A stretch of DNA of 64,000 nucleotides from Octopus vulgaris (lineage: Eukaryota), in contig OX597814.1 in assembly GCA_951406725.2 (NCBI GenBank), forward strand, positions 116,498,001-116,562,000, given 5' to 3'. Of this stretch, positions 38,395 through 51,345 are shown one piece after another. Under the pieces are notes generated by a model, which ran no database searches, had not been told where the DNA came from, and worked only from the letters and a program-made list of their open reading frames with translations. The translations under genes and the position numbers were made by a program. Numbering within the stretch: position 1 is the first letter of the stretch; each line of letters starts with the position of its first letter.

Positions 38395-38423
38395 TGTGTA
38401 TGTGTGTGTGTGTGTGTGTGTAG

Positions 38424-38711
38424 AGCCGCAATGGCCCAGTGGTTAGGGCAGCGGACTCGCGGTCGTAGGATCGCAGTTTTGATTCCCAAACCGAGTGTTT
38501 ATTGAGCGAAAGCACATAGAGCTCCATGAGACTCCGGCATTGAGTGATGACGATCCCTGCTGTGTTCTTTCGCCGCAACTTTCTTACTCTTTCTTCTGTA
38601 TGCCTGCTTGCTCAGCCAGCGGGGTGGCGTCATTTAAAGGCTAAAACAATGCGAAGCCCATTGTGACCAGCGATGTGTAGCAACATCTGGTCGGTCACGT
38701 TATCACGTGAT
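38424..38711 (+). mobile_element. SINE with family C-type head and a different tail
   Basis: Head tggcccagtggttagggcagcggactcgcggtcg; tail ccagcggggtggcgtcatt...tcacgtga, which also occurs alone at 14392-14500. Confidence 0.75.
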
Positions 38712-38727
38712 ATGTAAATATAAGGAC

Positions 38728-38758
<31 letters not shown>

Positions 38759-38769
38759 TATACATATAT

Positions 38770-39350
38770 ATATTTGTGTATATATATACACAATAAAAAT
38801 AAAGGGCAAAATTAAATAATTAATTAGTAATTAATAATTATACCAAGCAGTGTTCAGTATGTAAAAGGACCATATACGGTAAATTTAAACATTACTTTAT
38901 ATACTTAGGTTTCAGTAAAAAATTTGCTTTACCACATACCGAACGTTTAGAAATAGCAGCCCCAAAATTTAGCTATTTCTTCTACTGTAAGAAGAGTGCT
39001 CCAGACAATGTATACTCTAATTATATCAAGTAATGTATATATATATATAATGTATAGCAAATGAAAGACAAAAGATGGAATATAAGAGAATTTATTATTA
39101 ATCACGACAATTGTTTCGACATATCTAGCGTTGTCTCCTCTTGGGTAGAACACCCAACAACTAGTTCAGGAGCATCCGGTGGTGCAGATGTATCTCGTCG
39201 GTCGTTAAATATATACAACTCGTTAAAATGACTGTTCCGCAATGTAACTTTCCTTTTTGTAGAGAGAAAAGCAGCTAGATCTTTATATAGAAGATCAAAA
39301 ATAAAATCACAGATGGCAAAAAGAGAAACGAACACGCACTAGAGAGAGAA
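38770..39350 (-). mobile_element. PLE pLTR-like fragments
   Basis: Minus strand near 39100-39150: cccaagagga gaca-acgctagata-tgtc GAAA caatt GTC gtg (palindromic stem III ACAATTGT, GUC triplet, altered core). Confidence 0.5.
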
Positions 39351-39459
39351 AAGTATAAATGCCCTGGCAAAAGTTGCATATGTATGCTTGTATGTATGTA
39401 TGTATGTATTTATGTATGTATGTATGTATGTATGTATGTATGTATGTATGTATGTGCGG

Positions 39460-39492
<33 letters not shown>

Positions 39493-39693
39493 TGTATATG
39501 TATGTGTGTATGTGTATGTGTGTGTGTGTCTGTGTGTGTGTGTCTGTGTGTTTGCGTTTACTTTTATACGTCCGCGAATATATATTTATGTATGAAAACA
39601 ACGAGTTGGATTTGGACATGTGTATGTCTGTGTGTTTGTGTTAATATAAGCTTAATATATGCTGAAAAACTATATGTGTATACTATTTACTGT

Positions 39694-39910
39694 GGCGGCG
39701 AGCTGGCAGAAACGTTAGCAGGCCGGGCGGAATGCGTAGCCGTATTTCGTCTGAGTTCAAATTCCGCCGAGGTCGACTTGGCCGTTCATCCTTTCGGGGT
39801 CGATAAATTAAGTACCAGTCACGCACTGGGGTCGATGTAAACGACTTAATCCATTTGTTTGTCCTTGTTTGTCCTCTCTGTGTTTAGCCCCTTGTGTGTA
39901 GTAAAGAAAT
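39694..39910 (+). mobile_element. SINE family B
   Basis: ggcggcgagctggcagaaacgttagc...cctttcggggtcgataaattaagtacc...gtagtaaagaaata. Confidence 0.85.
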
Positions 39911-40574
39911 ATATACTATTTACTATGAATATGCTCAAAGAAATCTCCAAATACTGCGGTATTCGTCTTGGGAAGGCATTTCGTACAAACGCATTGTGCT
40001 AAAGAGCACAGGAATATCAGTAACAGGCGACCAATATTCAGTAGAATCGATGGAACAGTTAGATCAGATGATGTTTGAATATTTCTCCTTCTCCGTTTGT
40101 ATTTGCACACACATAGTCTCACAGAGGCGCGCGCACACATCATTAATGTAGTGAGATAAATAACGACAAACTCAAAGAAGAAAGAATGTTCATATCAATG
40201 ACATTGAGGAAGTAGAGATAGAGCGGACAATTTTCTAAACAATGTGTTGTGATTTTCTAAAGAATGCTTGTTTTAACGCATCAAGAATGAAGAATTCATT
40301 TGGCTAATTGCAATCAATAGTGCTGAGGGGAGAGTATTATGTATGTTAGAGTGAAATACTTCAAAAAGGAATTTGATAGAGTTACTAGATTAGCGGAACG
40401 CTAAATTGAAATCCTTACCGTAAGCAGAAAAATGCGAATGTAATTGTAAGAAAGGCCATATTTGTAGCAAGTACAAGGTATACCCAAAATGAGAGCAACA
40501 TTTCCAGAAACAAAACCTGACCAATGTATTTTCAGCCTTAACTCTCATCAGTCCATTTTACAAACGCTCTACTT

Positions 40575-40815
40575 CAGTTTCTCAGCGACGCTCTGTGTCC
40601 TTGGTCAATACACTTTATTTCAAATTACTCCAGTCCGCTTAACTGGCAAAAATGAGTAGTAACTGTATTTCAAAGGGTCAGCTTTGTCACATTTTGTGTC
40701 GTGCTGCATCTCCCTGAGAACTATGTTAAGTGTACACGTGTCTGTGAAATGCTCAGCCACTTGCACGTTAATTTCACTAGCAGGCTGTTCCGTTGATCGG
40801 GTCATCTGGAATCCC
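40575..40815 (+). mobile_element. SINE family D (CORE-like box, RTE-like tail), partial
   Basis: tgtccttggtcaatacactttatttc...gctcagccacttgcacgttaatttcac; related copies on the minus strand at 43160-43310 and 43620-43922. Confidence 0.65.
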
Positions 40816-41145
40816 CATAAGCAAAAGAGTGCTAACTTTCAGCTGCTAGTTGATAGGAAAATTCTGAATATCTAACAGTGACACGCAGGAAATCATAGAA
40901 ATCTGATTGTTCTTCTGAAAGCACCATCATAAATAGCAAAAAATGATATTTCACAGGATATTAATGCCACTATCATTTATCAAATACATTCAGATATTTC
41001 AAGCTAGTTCACTATATTGGTGACGTTAACGATGATGTCAAGTATCCATAAAAGTTCTTAGTTATATTTATCCAGCTCCGTTTCTTTCCTCAGAATCTGC
41101 CACTGAAAATAGGAGCAGATATAATATTGGTTTCAAATTTCGGCA

Positions 41146-41528
41146 CAAATCCAGAAATTTCGTGGAAGGGGATAAGTCGGTGATATCGACTCTCGGTGCT
41201 CTACTGGTGCTAATTGTGTCGACACCCGAAAGGATAACAGGCAAGGTCGACTTCGGCGGAATTTGAACTCAGAACGTAAAAACGGTCGAAATACCTATTT
41301 TTTTACTACCCACAAGGGGCTAAACAAAGAGGGGGCAAACAAGGACAGACAAACGGATTAAGTCGATTACATCGACCCTAGTGCGAAACTGGTACTTAAT
41401 TTATCGACCCCGAAAGGATGAAAGGCAAAGTTGACCTCGGTGGAATTTGAACTCAGAACGTAGCGGCAGACGAAATACCTCTAAGCATTTCGCCCGGGGT
41501 GCTAACGATCGTGAGAGCTCGCCGTCTT
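41146..41528 (-). mobile_element. SINE family B dimer
   Basis: The unit recurs ~184 bp apart (41258, 41442) with junction gaaatacctattt. Confidence 0.8.
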
Positions 41529-42516
41529 TGGAGCAGTAATTATATTGCTGCTAAATTTAGATGCAGCAATCTTGGACAAATACCAGACTAGCTCTCAAAA
41601 ATCTCATGCTCTATGGAATTCGAGCCATCATTATGACTGGTGGAGCCAAAGAAGATGTTTTCTTTCCACTCAGTGTTAAAGGAGTGTATCAGTCTTTCCA
41701 ATAATCTTGTAAAAGCCAGCACAGCTAAAAAAGAAACGTTACTTTTAAACTATTAGCTGTACAAACTTGGTATATATTATTTCGTACTTGTTTCACTCAT
41801 TAGACTACGGCCATGCTTGGACACCACTTTGAAGAAATTTTAGTCGAATGTTTCGACCCCGGCTCAATTTTTAAATCCAGGTACTCATTTTATCGGTCTT
41901 GTTCTCCCGAACTGCTAAGTTACAGGGACGTAAACACACCCACACAGGCTGTGAAGCGGTAGCGTGTGACGAATATAGACACAAAGATGCACACAAACAA
42001 ACACACACACACACACATATATATGTATGCATATGAATATGTATATAATTTCTATTTAATAATTTGTATTATATTATCAATAATATTAATACGCTTACTT
42101 TTGTTTGTTTTTGTCCGTACTAGTTGTGTGTGTGACACTTACTCCAAAGGAAAAGTGAGTGGCAAGCGAGAGAGAGGAGGACAGAGAGGAAGTAAGGGAG
42201 AAAGACAGGGAGAATGTGAGAAAGAAAGAGAGAGATAGTGAGAGAGAAAGAGAGTAAGTGAGAGAGTGAAAAAGAGATAGTTAGAGAGAAAGAGAGTGAA
42301 AGAGACAGTGAGTGGTGACGCGTTCGTATTGTGTTTTTAAATGTTTATCATATCGCAAGAAAACTTGATACATAAATACAAAGTGAAGTTGATACATAGA
42401 GACATACATATATTGTTAAATTAAAACCGGGAAAGAGGAAGGGACATGGTGGAAGTGAAAGAGAGAAAGTAAGAGAGACATTAGATACATAGATCCAGAG
42501 AAAACTTATAGATAGG

Positions 42517-43090
42517 TGCCGGGTTCAGTCCCACTACGTGATATCTTAGGAAAGTGTCTTCTACTATAACCTCCGGCCGGCCAAAGACTTGTGAGTGAAT
42601 TTGGTAGACGGAACCTGGAAGAAACCCGTCGTATATATGTATGTATATGTATATGTGGAGGCACATAGCCTAGTGGTTAGAGCAGCGGACTCGCGGTTTC
42701 GAATCTCAGACCGGGTGATATGTGTGTTTATGAGCGAAACACCTAAGCTCCACGCAGATCCGGCAGAAGGTAATGGCGAAACTTTTGCTGACTCTTTTGC
42801 CTCAACTGTCTCTCACTCTTTCCTCCAGTATCTTGGAGCTCAACTGCGACGGACGCCAAGAAACCGGGATCCCGGCCCTTATGAGCCAGGCATGGCGCGG
42901 GAAGGAACAACCATGTATATGTATATGCTTGTGAGTCTATTCGCCCCCCCCCCCGTAACCTAGAGGTTCGGCAAATGAGGCTGATGGGTTAAGTACTAAG
43001 CTTATAAAGAATAATTTCTGGGATCTATTTACTCGACTAAAAGCGGTGCTCCAGCATAGCCGCAGTCAAATGACTGAAGCAAATAAAAAT
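42517..43090 (+). mobile_element. SINE A interrupted by SINE C (42656-42910)
   Basis: Family A 5' part 42517-42631 and 3' part ~42930-43090 flank a family C copy inserted in the internal (tatatg)n tract. Confidence 0.75.
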
Positions 43091-43619
43091 AAACAAATTA
43101 AAAATACACAAACACAGCAAATATTGGATGTCACTTTCACTTTTTATTACCACATGAGGATACAACTCGTGACTGAGTACTCCGCAGACATGCATATCAT
43201 TAACGTAGGTCTCAGGGAGATTCAGCCTCACACAGAATATGACAAAGTTGTCTCCTTTGAATTACAGCTACAACTCATTTTGGCCAGCTGAGTGGACTGG
43301 AGCGAGATAAACCTTCAAGTGTTTGGAAGAAAACGAAAAGAAAAAGAATAGGAGCAGGACAATCTTTTTATTCGTTAGGTTCACTATAGGTGTTAATCGG
43401 CTCCTAAGAACGGCATTTGTGGGTTCCACACATGTGAAGGCCAACCCCCAGATAAACACCGATGCGTAGGGTGTTGTTATCAAAACTGAGCGTGAGTCGA
43501 GGGGGAATACACGACGGAATAGGAATTATTTCGTCTTAGCTTTCACTGCTTATACATACATGACATTTTTGCCTTATGATATGGAACATTTCCATTTCTT
43601 TCACTTAAAAAATGCCACT

Positions 43620-43922
43620 CCGTCGGTTTCGACGACGCGGTTCACGTTTATCTGAATCAACGAACTGTCTGCTCGTAAAAGCAACGCGCAAGTGGCTGAG
43701 TACTCCACAGATATGCATACCATAAAGTTCTCAGGGAGATTTAACTTCACACAGAATGTGACAAGGCTGGACCCTTTGAATTACAGCTACAACTCATTTT
43801 TGCCAGCTGAGCGGATTGAGGCAAAGTGAAGTAGACTACCTTGCTCAAAAACACAGCGAGCCGCAGGGAATCGTACTCATGACTGAGGGCCATATACTCC
43901 TAATCACTGAGTTAAGCACCTT
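43620..43922 (-). mobile_element. SINE family D
   Basis: Minus-strand head ggtgcttaactcagtgattaggag...tttttgagcaaggtag; tail matches 40612-40815. Confidence 0.65.
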
Positions 43923-44667
43923 CACTCTCTTAACCGAGGAGAAAAGGAATGAATCGACAGAGACAGAGAAAGGAAAGTCTCAGTCATTTAACATGATATT
44001 AGACTGAAATTTGATCGATCTATTCTAGTTTCTTTACTTTTAACAATGAAGAGGGTAAGACATTTAGTAATGAATAGAAGGAAAGTCTCTCTGGTATTCA
44101 TATTTTTATTCTGGAAGTTCTAGAACGATCGTCTGTTAGTTCTCTCTTTTCCCCCACCCTCGGTACTTATTCGCCTCCTTTCATAGCTCTTCATGTCTTT
44201 TATTGAGGGGTGGGCATGATTTTTGTTCAGGTTCATTTAACGTTTTCTCTACAAACTACAGACAAGTCCCGCCTCACTTCCTTTTTTTCTCATACAAAAA
44301 CTAATGCAAATTTCGAACGTGGTATAGCTCTTAAAATATCCCAGCAAATTATATATAATAGGAAATACATCAATTTCCAAAACCTTCTTCAATTAAAGGA
44401 TTTTCAAAATATCACTACTGGGTTTGGTTTCATTATTGCAACTAATACGACTCGATGCCTGACCAAGCTAATCTGTTCTCAATTTGCTTATGCGGATACT
44501 CAAACAACGAATTGGAATAATTTGCCTGGAGTCGAAAATCCCGGTACCGTGCACCGCTTCTAAGCGTAATACAATACCAACACACACACACACACACATG
44601 TATGCATGCCTGTATGGAAGTATGTCTGTATGTGTAATATATATGTATATATGTATATACTCTCTTT

Positions 44668-45051
44668 GATGATGATGATGATGGCAATCCCTCAAGGTCG
44701 AGGATGATGGTCTTCGCGCAAATTTACTGATGAGTCCGTAGGTGACCGATAAGACCAATTCTTGCTTGAAAAGATCGGTCGCAGTGCGGACATCTAGTGC
44801 CGGAAGGGAGAGTCGCACGTGGTTGTTGTTGGCGCTCCTTCCGTCGTCGTCTTTTCTCCTCCAGCTCTGCAGACCTTTTCGACTCGAAAGTCGCCGTTCC
44901 TTCATGGATGGTGGTTTTCCAGAATGGTCTGTTTTTTGCCGTTTCCTCCCAGTTAGTGAAGTCGATGTCACACGGCGAACGTACAAAAGGAGGTCAGAAG
45001 AAACGCGACAAGGACTCCCTGAAAACGAACCTCAAAAAGTGTGACATCGAC
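44668..45051 (-). mobile_element. 5'-truncated RTE LINE with 5' inversion and TSD
   Basis: Minus 44972-44735 reads DIDFTNWEETAKNRPFWKTTIHEG...RCPHCDRSFQARIGLIGHLRTHQ*, with a (CAT)n tail. Plus 44968-45051 reads SHGERTKGGQKKRDKDSLKTNLKKCDID. TSD atactctcttt/ataccctcttt. Confidence 0.85.
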
Positions 45052-45243
45052 ATACCCTCTTTATAAAGTTGGCAAATGAAATAGAGATAAGAATATGCAC
45101 TGTCCGTTTGACTGGAAAATTCTATAAGTGGCTGAAGATTGCTCGACATTTTAAAAGTGATGTAATACTTACAGTGTTTAATAAAATGAAGTAGCATGAA
45201 ACAATTGTATTGCTCTACTCGGATATACTTGTTGCTTATTTTG

Positions 45244-45290
<47 letters not shown>

Positions 45291-45298
<8 letters not shown>

Positions 45299-46365
45299 AA
45301 TATGTATCTGTCTGTCTATGTTAATCCCTAAAACTTGAGAACTACACAACCAATTTCATTCAAATTTTACACATGCCTTACTTAGGGACCATGTAGTGTC
45401 AGAGGCAAACAAATGTTTAACCTCTTGCCTAGGGCGAGCCCACAGCAATATCACATCTTCTCCATTATTTCAGTATTACGTGTTAAAAGTGAAACAAAAG
45501 CATCTCACTATTGTATGTATAGATGTATATATAGATGTACATGTAATATGTACACATATACATACATATATATATATACACGCATACATATATACACCCA
45601 TACACACACACACCGATCCACTCCTACACACACTCGTTTCACAAGAAGAAAGTGATAGAATAAGTACCAGGCTTATCAAAATATAAAAAAGTACTACGAA
45701 GTGTCTCATATTTTTGTTTGCCCACTCAGTTGTATCTATCAATTTATCTTTGTGTGTGTGTGTGTTTGTGTATGTGTGTGTGTGTGTATACATATATATA
45801 TATACATAAATGTATACACACACACACATACATATATATGTATATAACATAGTTCTTGAACCGGTACTTCAAGTAACGACTAGGGTAGGGTAACTGACTG
45901 CTTATTGTGATCATTCGTCTTTTGTTTTCCTTCAGCTTTGCTCTCTTTTACAAACCCAGTGAACATGTATTTCCTATTTCAAAGAAATGTAAACAATAGA
46001 TATAAGACCCAAGTTAAAAAGACTTTCAGCAATTCAACTTCTCTGGTTGATATTAAGATGCCCACCCACAACAGGGGCCTTAACTCTCAAATTTTAGAGC
46101 TCCATGACCTTCATTTTATAGGAGGAAAATCTTTTTAACAGGTTCAATAACACTAGAATTTTGAAATGAGCGCATAAAAATAAGTAGTATGAGATACATG
46201 TGGCACGATTACAAATTTTTTAGGGTGTGTAAAGAGGGAATTAACCCTCATCTGCAATTTTGATGAAATTCGAAACATAGATATTCCAGTTCATTACAGA
46301 AAATATAACAGGAAAGTCTAATTCTTCAATTGAATGTAACCGGGCAACGCCGGATATCTCTGCTA

Positions 46366-46366
<1 letters not shown>
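45291..46366 (+). mobile_element. Non-autonomous Helitron (possibly composite)
   Basis: 5' aaactgagaatatgtatctgtctgtct...caaccaatttcattcaaattttacac; 3' hairpin ccgg-gcaacg-ccgg and CTAG|T at 46363-46366; (TA)n on both flanks. Confidence 0.65.
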
Positions 46367-46451
<85 letters not shown>

Positions 46452-47099
46452 ATGTATGTATGTATGTATGTATGTATGTATATGTATGTGTGTACATGTG
46501 CATGTGTGTGTGGGAGGCTTGTGTATGTGTGTATGTATCTGTGTGTTTATGCATAAGTAAACCAGCCCAAACAAACGCAGAAATCGGAATAAGTTGAATG
46601 GGGTTCTTTGATTTCATTTGGTAATCAGGCGTGGGCCGATATTTGTACCCCAAATTGTGTTCTTACTTCCTTATCGACATCAATTCGCTATAGTCTACAA
46701 TGTTTGAATTCTTTTTGAAATTGCATTCATTTATCCGTTACAAGATCGCTGGTGTGCAACGTCTAATGTATCTATGAATATATCCAATTTATTATACATT
46801 CTTTCTCAATATATTATTAGTTGCTTAGTATGCAATATGATATACCATCATACAATAATGTGCAATATAGCTCTTTAGTGCATATTCTGCAGTAATGTAG
46901 TACTTTTTATAGTAACTTAGAGGATATTTTAGTATTCATTTACATATATACTATCATTAGTCTAAATGCAATTTGTCAGAATTTTAGCTGACTTTGTTTT
47001 AGTTCATTTCAACTATATTATAATATATTTTATTTTATATTTGGCAACTGAAAGTTGTTCCATTATTTTAGATATTGGTGTTGCTTCTTAGTAGCTAAA

Positions 47100-48000
47100 A
47101 GGCCATTCATCCGGAAGAGAATTTCATGCTTTCAGACAGATGAAATCATAGTAGTAGAGTGTCTTCTTAGCAGACATCTTAAAGAGTCTTGACTCTACAA
47201 CAATTTGGAATTAGTATGTTGTTATATACTTCTGCAACTCGTCTGTGTCCTTAATAGATTTCCTGTCTACGCTGAATCAGATATTGAATTTAGTAAGCTA
47301 TCAGATAACTTCCACTGTTCAAACTTCAAAGCAAGAGAAATCCCACATGTGATTTCCGTGGCAAGCAGTCTTTTAGGTTTTCTTTATACAATTACAACTA
47401 ATCTCGAACTAAACAAAATTTTATGAGGAAACAATATCCAGATCTAATTTCCAATATGCATTCGTACCATGTGCACTATCTCTGATTCTGTATATCATCT
47501 ACTCTTTCTTGATGGTAGATCTAGAAATATATTGAAAAAGCTCACTGCTTTGTTGTCGAAAACGTTAGTAAATTCTATTTATTTTCTGCTTCTCTTCCAG
47601 TACCATTTTGATTTTCTGAGAGAGATATCAAAGTAACTGATGGTAGTTGATTATATTGTAAAATATATTTTGCTTACCATTTATTTTGCTTACCATATAT
47701 GACTATAGCTACAATATGAAACATTTTGAAGCTTATGGATTAAGAATTCAAGTGGCGACTGGTACTGTAGATACAATAAAATTCATTGAAAGCTAATTTA
47801 GAACCTTTATTTCAGTCAGTTAGTTGAACAAAGGGCTCCAAGATGTATTTAACTGCAATACAGAATTTTTCATTTGAAATAACTTGAATTACCTCAGAGT
47901 ATCCAAGATAAAGTTTACAGCTCCACAAATTCTATTTGTTACCCAAATTTCTACACATGACACTGACTTCTGCATAACTCTGTGCATTAAATCTGCGTAT
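47100..48000 (-). mobile_element. Possible ancient piggyBac transposase relic
   Basis: Minus-strand FDNKAVSFF (cf. piggyBac W.DnK.V..lSt) plus a downstream Y/N.HIG.LDL (cf. YN..MGGVD); heavily decayed. Confidence 0.3.
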
Positions 48001-48917
48001 GTGAGTAATACAGAGTCACCGTCTCCAACATATTTATTGATATAATCATTCTATCTTTGTAGACTTAACAGCGTTTAAATTTAATCAGACATGAAGGCAT
48101 ATATAATAGATATAAATTAATAACAAATATATTAACACGCATATTCTAAATAGTTAATGAGACGACGCTGTAAATTCGAATAAATATCAATGGCGTTAAA
48201 ACTCCGTTAAGTTTATAACATTCCTATCCACTGAATGAGTCTATAATATTTATGAGGGGAAATCTTCGTTGGAGGAGCTAGATTGTTATATATTTAATAT
48301 ATTTTGTACTAATGACGACTATGAAATAAGGATAGACGAACGACCACCATCATATAAAATTAAGACTATGAAATGAAATAGGAATGCAGTGGTTCTACTA
48401 ACAATACTAGTGAAGATCATAGAAATTCAGGTGGTTGAGAGCTTTTGTATTCGTGATAACTTACTAAAATTTATTTTCAACGAATCTCTATTATATTAGA
48501 AGCTTTTAATGTTTACTCTTGTAATGATTGCCAGGCAATTGGGTTAATTTAAGCATATTTATAATTCAGAGTACTACTGTAACACTAGAAACTGGGTCCC
48601 TGGATATAAAAGTATCTCACACAGTTTTCATTAAATGAAATTTTAAATTTTAAATTGGGGAAAATATTTTCTGTCAGAGGGGAAAAAGACGTCCCGAGAG
48701 AAATGTGGGACAATGATTTATAGATTTTCTTATCAGTAGTAAGTTCCACTGTATTTTGAATACTCTCGGATTTACAGATTGCTAGATATAAGGGATCTTC
48801 CCTTCATTAATGAAAATGTCACTAATTGAAAAGATTGCTTATAATGTTTAACCATCAACTGTGCTGCACTTCACTTTGATGTGTCCTGATATTTATATAG
48901 ATCTACTTCAATCAGTG

Positions 48918-48954
<37 letters not shown>

Positions 48955-49036
48955 GCACACATACACGGACTCACACTCACGCACACATGCATATATGTAT
49001 GATGTGTGAGCATATATATATATATATATATATGTA

Positions 49037-49268
49037 CTTTATTTAAAAGCAGCAGAAATATAACAAAAGGTGTTACTCAGAGTTTCTCGTTCCCGTTAAT
49101 CGGACAGTTTTTCTATTTTAACAAAACTGTCTGACGAACGGGAATGTGAAACTCTGAGTAACAGCTTTTGTTATATTTCTGCTGCTTTTAAATAAAGCAT
49201 ATTACTCTACCTCTGGTATTTGCGTACTCTTTTTTCCTCCTTGTTTCACATTAAGTGTTTACTCCACT
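49037..49268. mobile_element. Fold-back hammerhead element
   Basis: Perfect 33-bp outer arms 49037-49069 / 49165-49197, inner arms with hammerhead motifs, a one-sided 70-nt tail and (TA)n on both flanks. Confidence 0.85.
49127..49164 (+). ncRNA. Minimal type I hammerhead ribozyme motif
   Basis: cugu CUGACGA acg-ggaa-ugu GAAA cuc-u-gag UA acag: core 49131-49137, GAAA 49148-49151, GUA 49158-49160. Confidence 0.75.
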
Positions 49269-49271
49269 ATA

Positions 49272-49327
<56 letters not shown>

Positions 49328-49330
<3 letters not shown>

Positions 49331-49575
49331 TTTATCATTAAAGCTGCAGAAACACCACAAAAATGTTGCAAAAAACAGCTACTCAGAGTTTCGCGTTACC
49401 GTTCGTGGGGCAGTTGTGATCACAGCTGCCTGGTGAACGTGAACTGAGACTCTGATTAGCAGCGTTTTGTGATATTTGTATGATGTTTTTGCAATTTTAA
49501 TAATAAAGCATATTATTCTACCTCCAAAATTCGAGTACTATTTTCCCCCATCTTATTTTACATTTATATGCTTAC
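49328..49575. mobile_element. Older copy of the 49037 fold-back family
   Basis: Same architecture (ctttat..aaagctgcagaaa...actcagagtttcgcgtt...aataaagcatattattctacctc) with decayed cores. Confidence 0.7.
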
Positions 49576-51345
49576 TTGGGTATGAGATAATGTACAGCTG
49601 GTTGTGGTACAGACGCAAATGGTGTATTAAAACTGAGCGAAACAGATCTTACTTAAAGAGATACTACTTATACATACATAAATACATATATATATATATA
49701 GTTATTATATCGTAATGAGATAAAAAAATACAAGGCTGTGTAGATTTAGAACATGTATAGATAGAAGGTCTTACAGCTGTTTCCACTCTTTTTTATATCC
49801 CTTCATCGCAGACGCTGTGGGAGGATGGTTAAGAAATAGTTAATTTAGATAATATATAAAATAGAGAGTGAGGTGGAGGAAATAAAGAAAATAGACGTAA
49901 AATATGTAGGGATATTTTACGTATAGGTATATATACATAGCATCTTGCCAAAAGACTAACACGTGCATGAATCAAGTATCGTTATATTGTTCTTTATTTC
50001 TCTTGCTTTTTACTTTCTTACTCAAATTTGATGAGGGGCTCATCCAAAATGTCAGCATACCTGTTTTCCTTCCCCTTCAATCCATTGTACACAACTATTT
50101 AGTTAATTATTTTTTTCAAACTTTTGTTGCCCATTTTGTGCCGCTTATCACGTTGCCCAACTGACCCTCTGAAATTTTCCTTATTTCATTTCTATTATTT
50201 TCCATACATACATAGACACACACACTCACACACAAACACATGTGTGCGTGCGCTTGTGGGTATGTCTGTATACATTTATTGGCACTTGAATCAAGAAATA
50301 AAATGCTTGAACACATCAGGAATGGTTTGGCTAACGAAATTTATTTGGAAGAATGGAGGAGAAAGAGTGAGTGAGTGAGTGAGAGAGAGAGAGAGAGAGA
50401 GAGTGAGGGAGAAAAGAGAGAGGATAAAGTCAGAAGTGCCTAATGATACGAAGAAAGAAATATTTTTATAGGAGAGTCTACAAGACATAAAATGTAAAAA
50501 ATATGAAAATGTTTAGAAAATGTTTATTGTTTCTGTAACCACTTTCAGAGTGTTATGTTACTGGAGGGCGGACGTATGTTGTATGAGATGAAATATGAGG
50601 GAGTGTATCAATCATTATGTGTTTGCAATATACATCATTATCGATTTCTGTCGCATTGGAACGGACAATATCCTTTAGAAAATTAAATCGCAAATAAAAT
50701 GCGTAGCCAGGAGTCAATCACCGTTCTACTCTCTATAATAATTATAGAAAACCCAACAGAAGAATATTTTGCCATAATTCGTTCTGTGAAAGGACTCAGC
50801 ATTTTTGTACACAATATCCATGTGTACAATAATTTTATTTTTGAATATATTTATTTTATCAACATATTCAATATTATCAATATTTTCATTTACAATCCTC
50901 AATTCTACGATTAATATTTTATTTGTTTCATATCAATTTTCTTTTCTTCTATTTTATCTTAATTACTGCCATCTAAAATTTTATTTTTAAGGATATTGAT
51001 TTCTATTACAAATGCTAATATTCTGTGTATGTTGTCTTTATTTAAAGAGAGAAGGAAAGACAGAGTAAATAGAGTGCGGGAACAAGAGAGGAGAGGAACA
51101 GGAAGAAGGGAACAGTTACTTCAGCGTGTTCACGCTTGCATCATCCTCACCCATCTTCAGCCCCTTACGCTTGAATGGTGCTATTCGAATGATCACCAAC
51201 ATTAAAAATATACTCTTTAGTCAAGCTGTTTTTATTCTATACTCATGAGTATTTAGCAAGACAATGAATACTGCTGTCGTTAAATGAAACGTCTTGCAAT
51301 ACGCTCAGTCCCTTAACATTACGATAATCTATCGTGAATTCAAAA

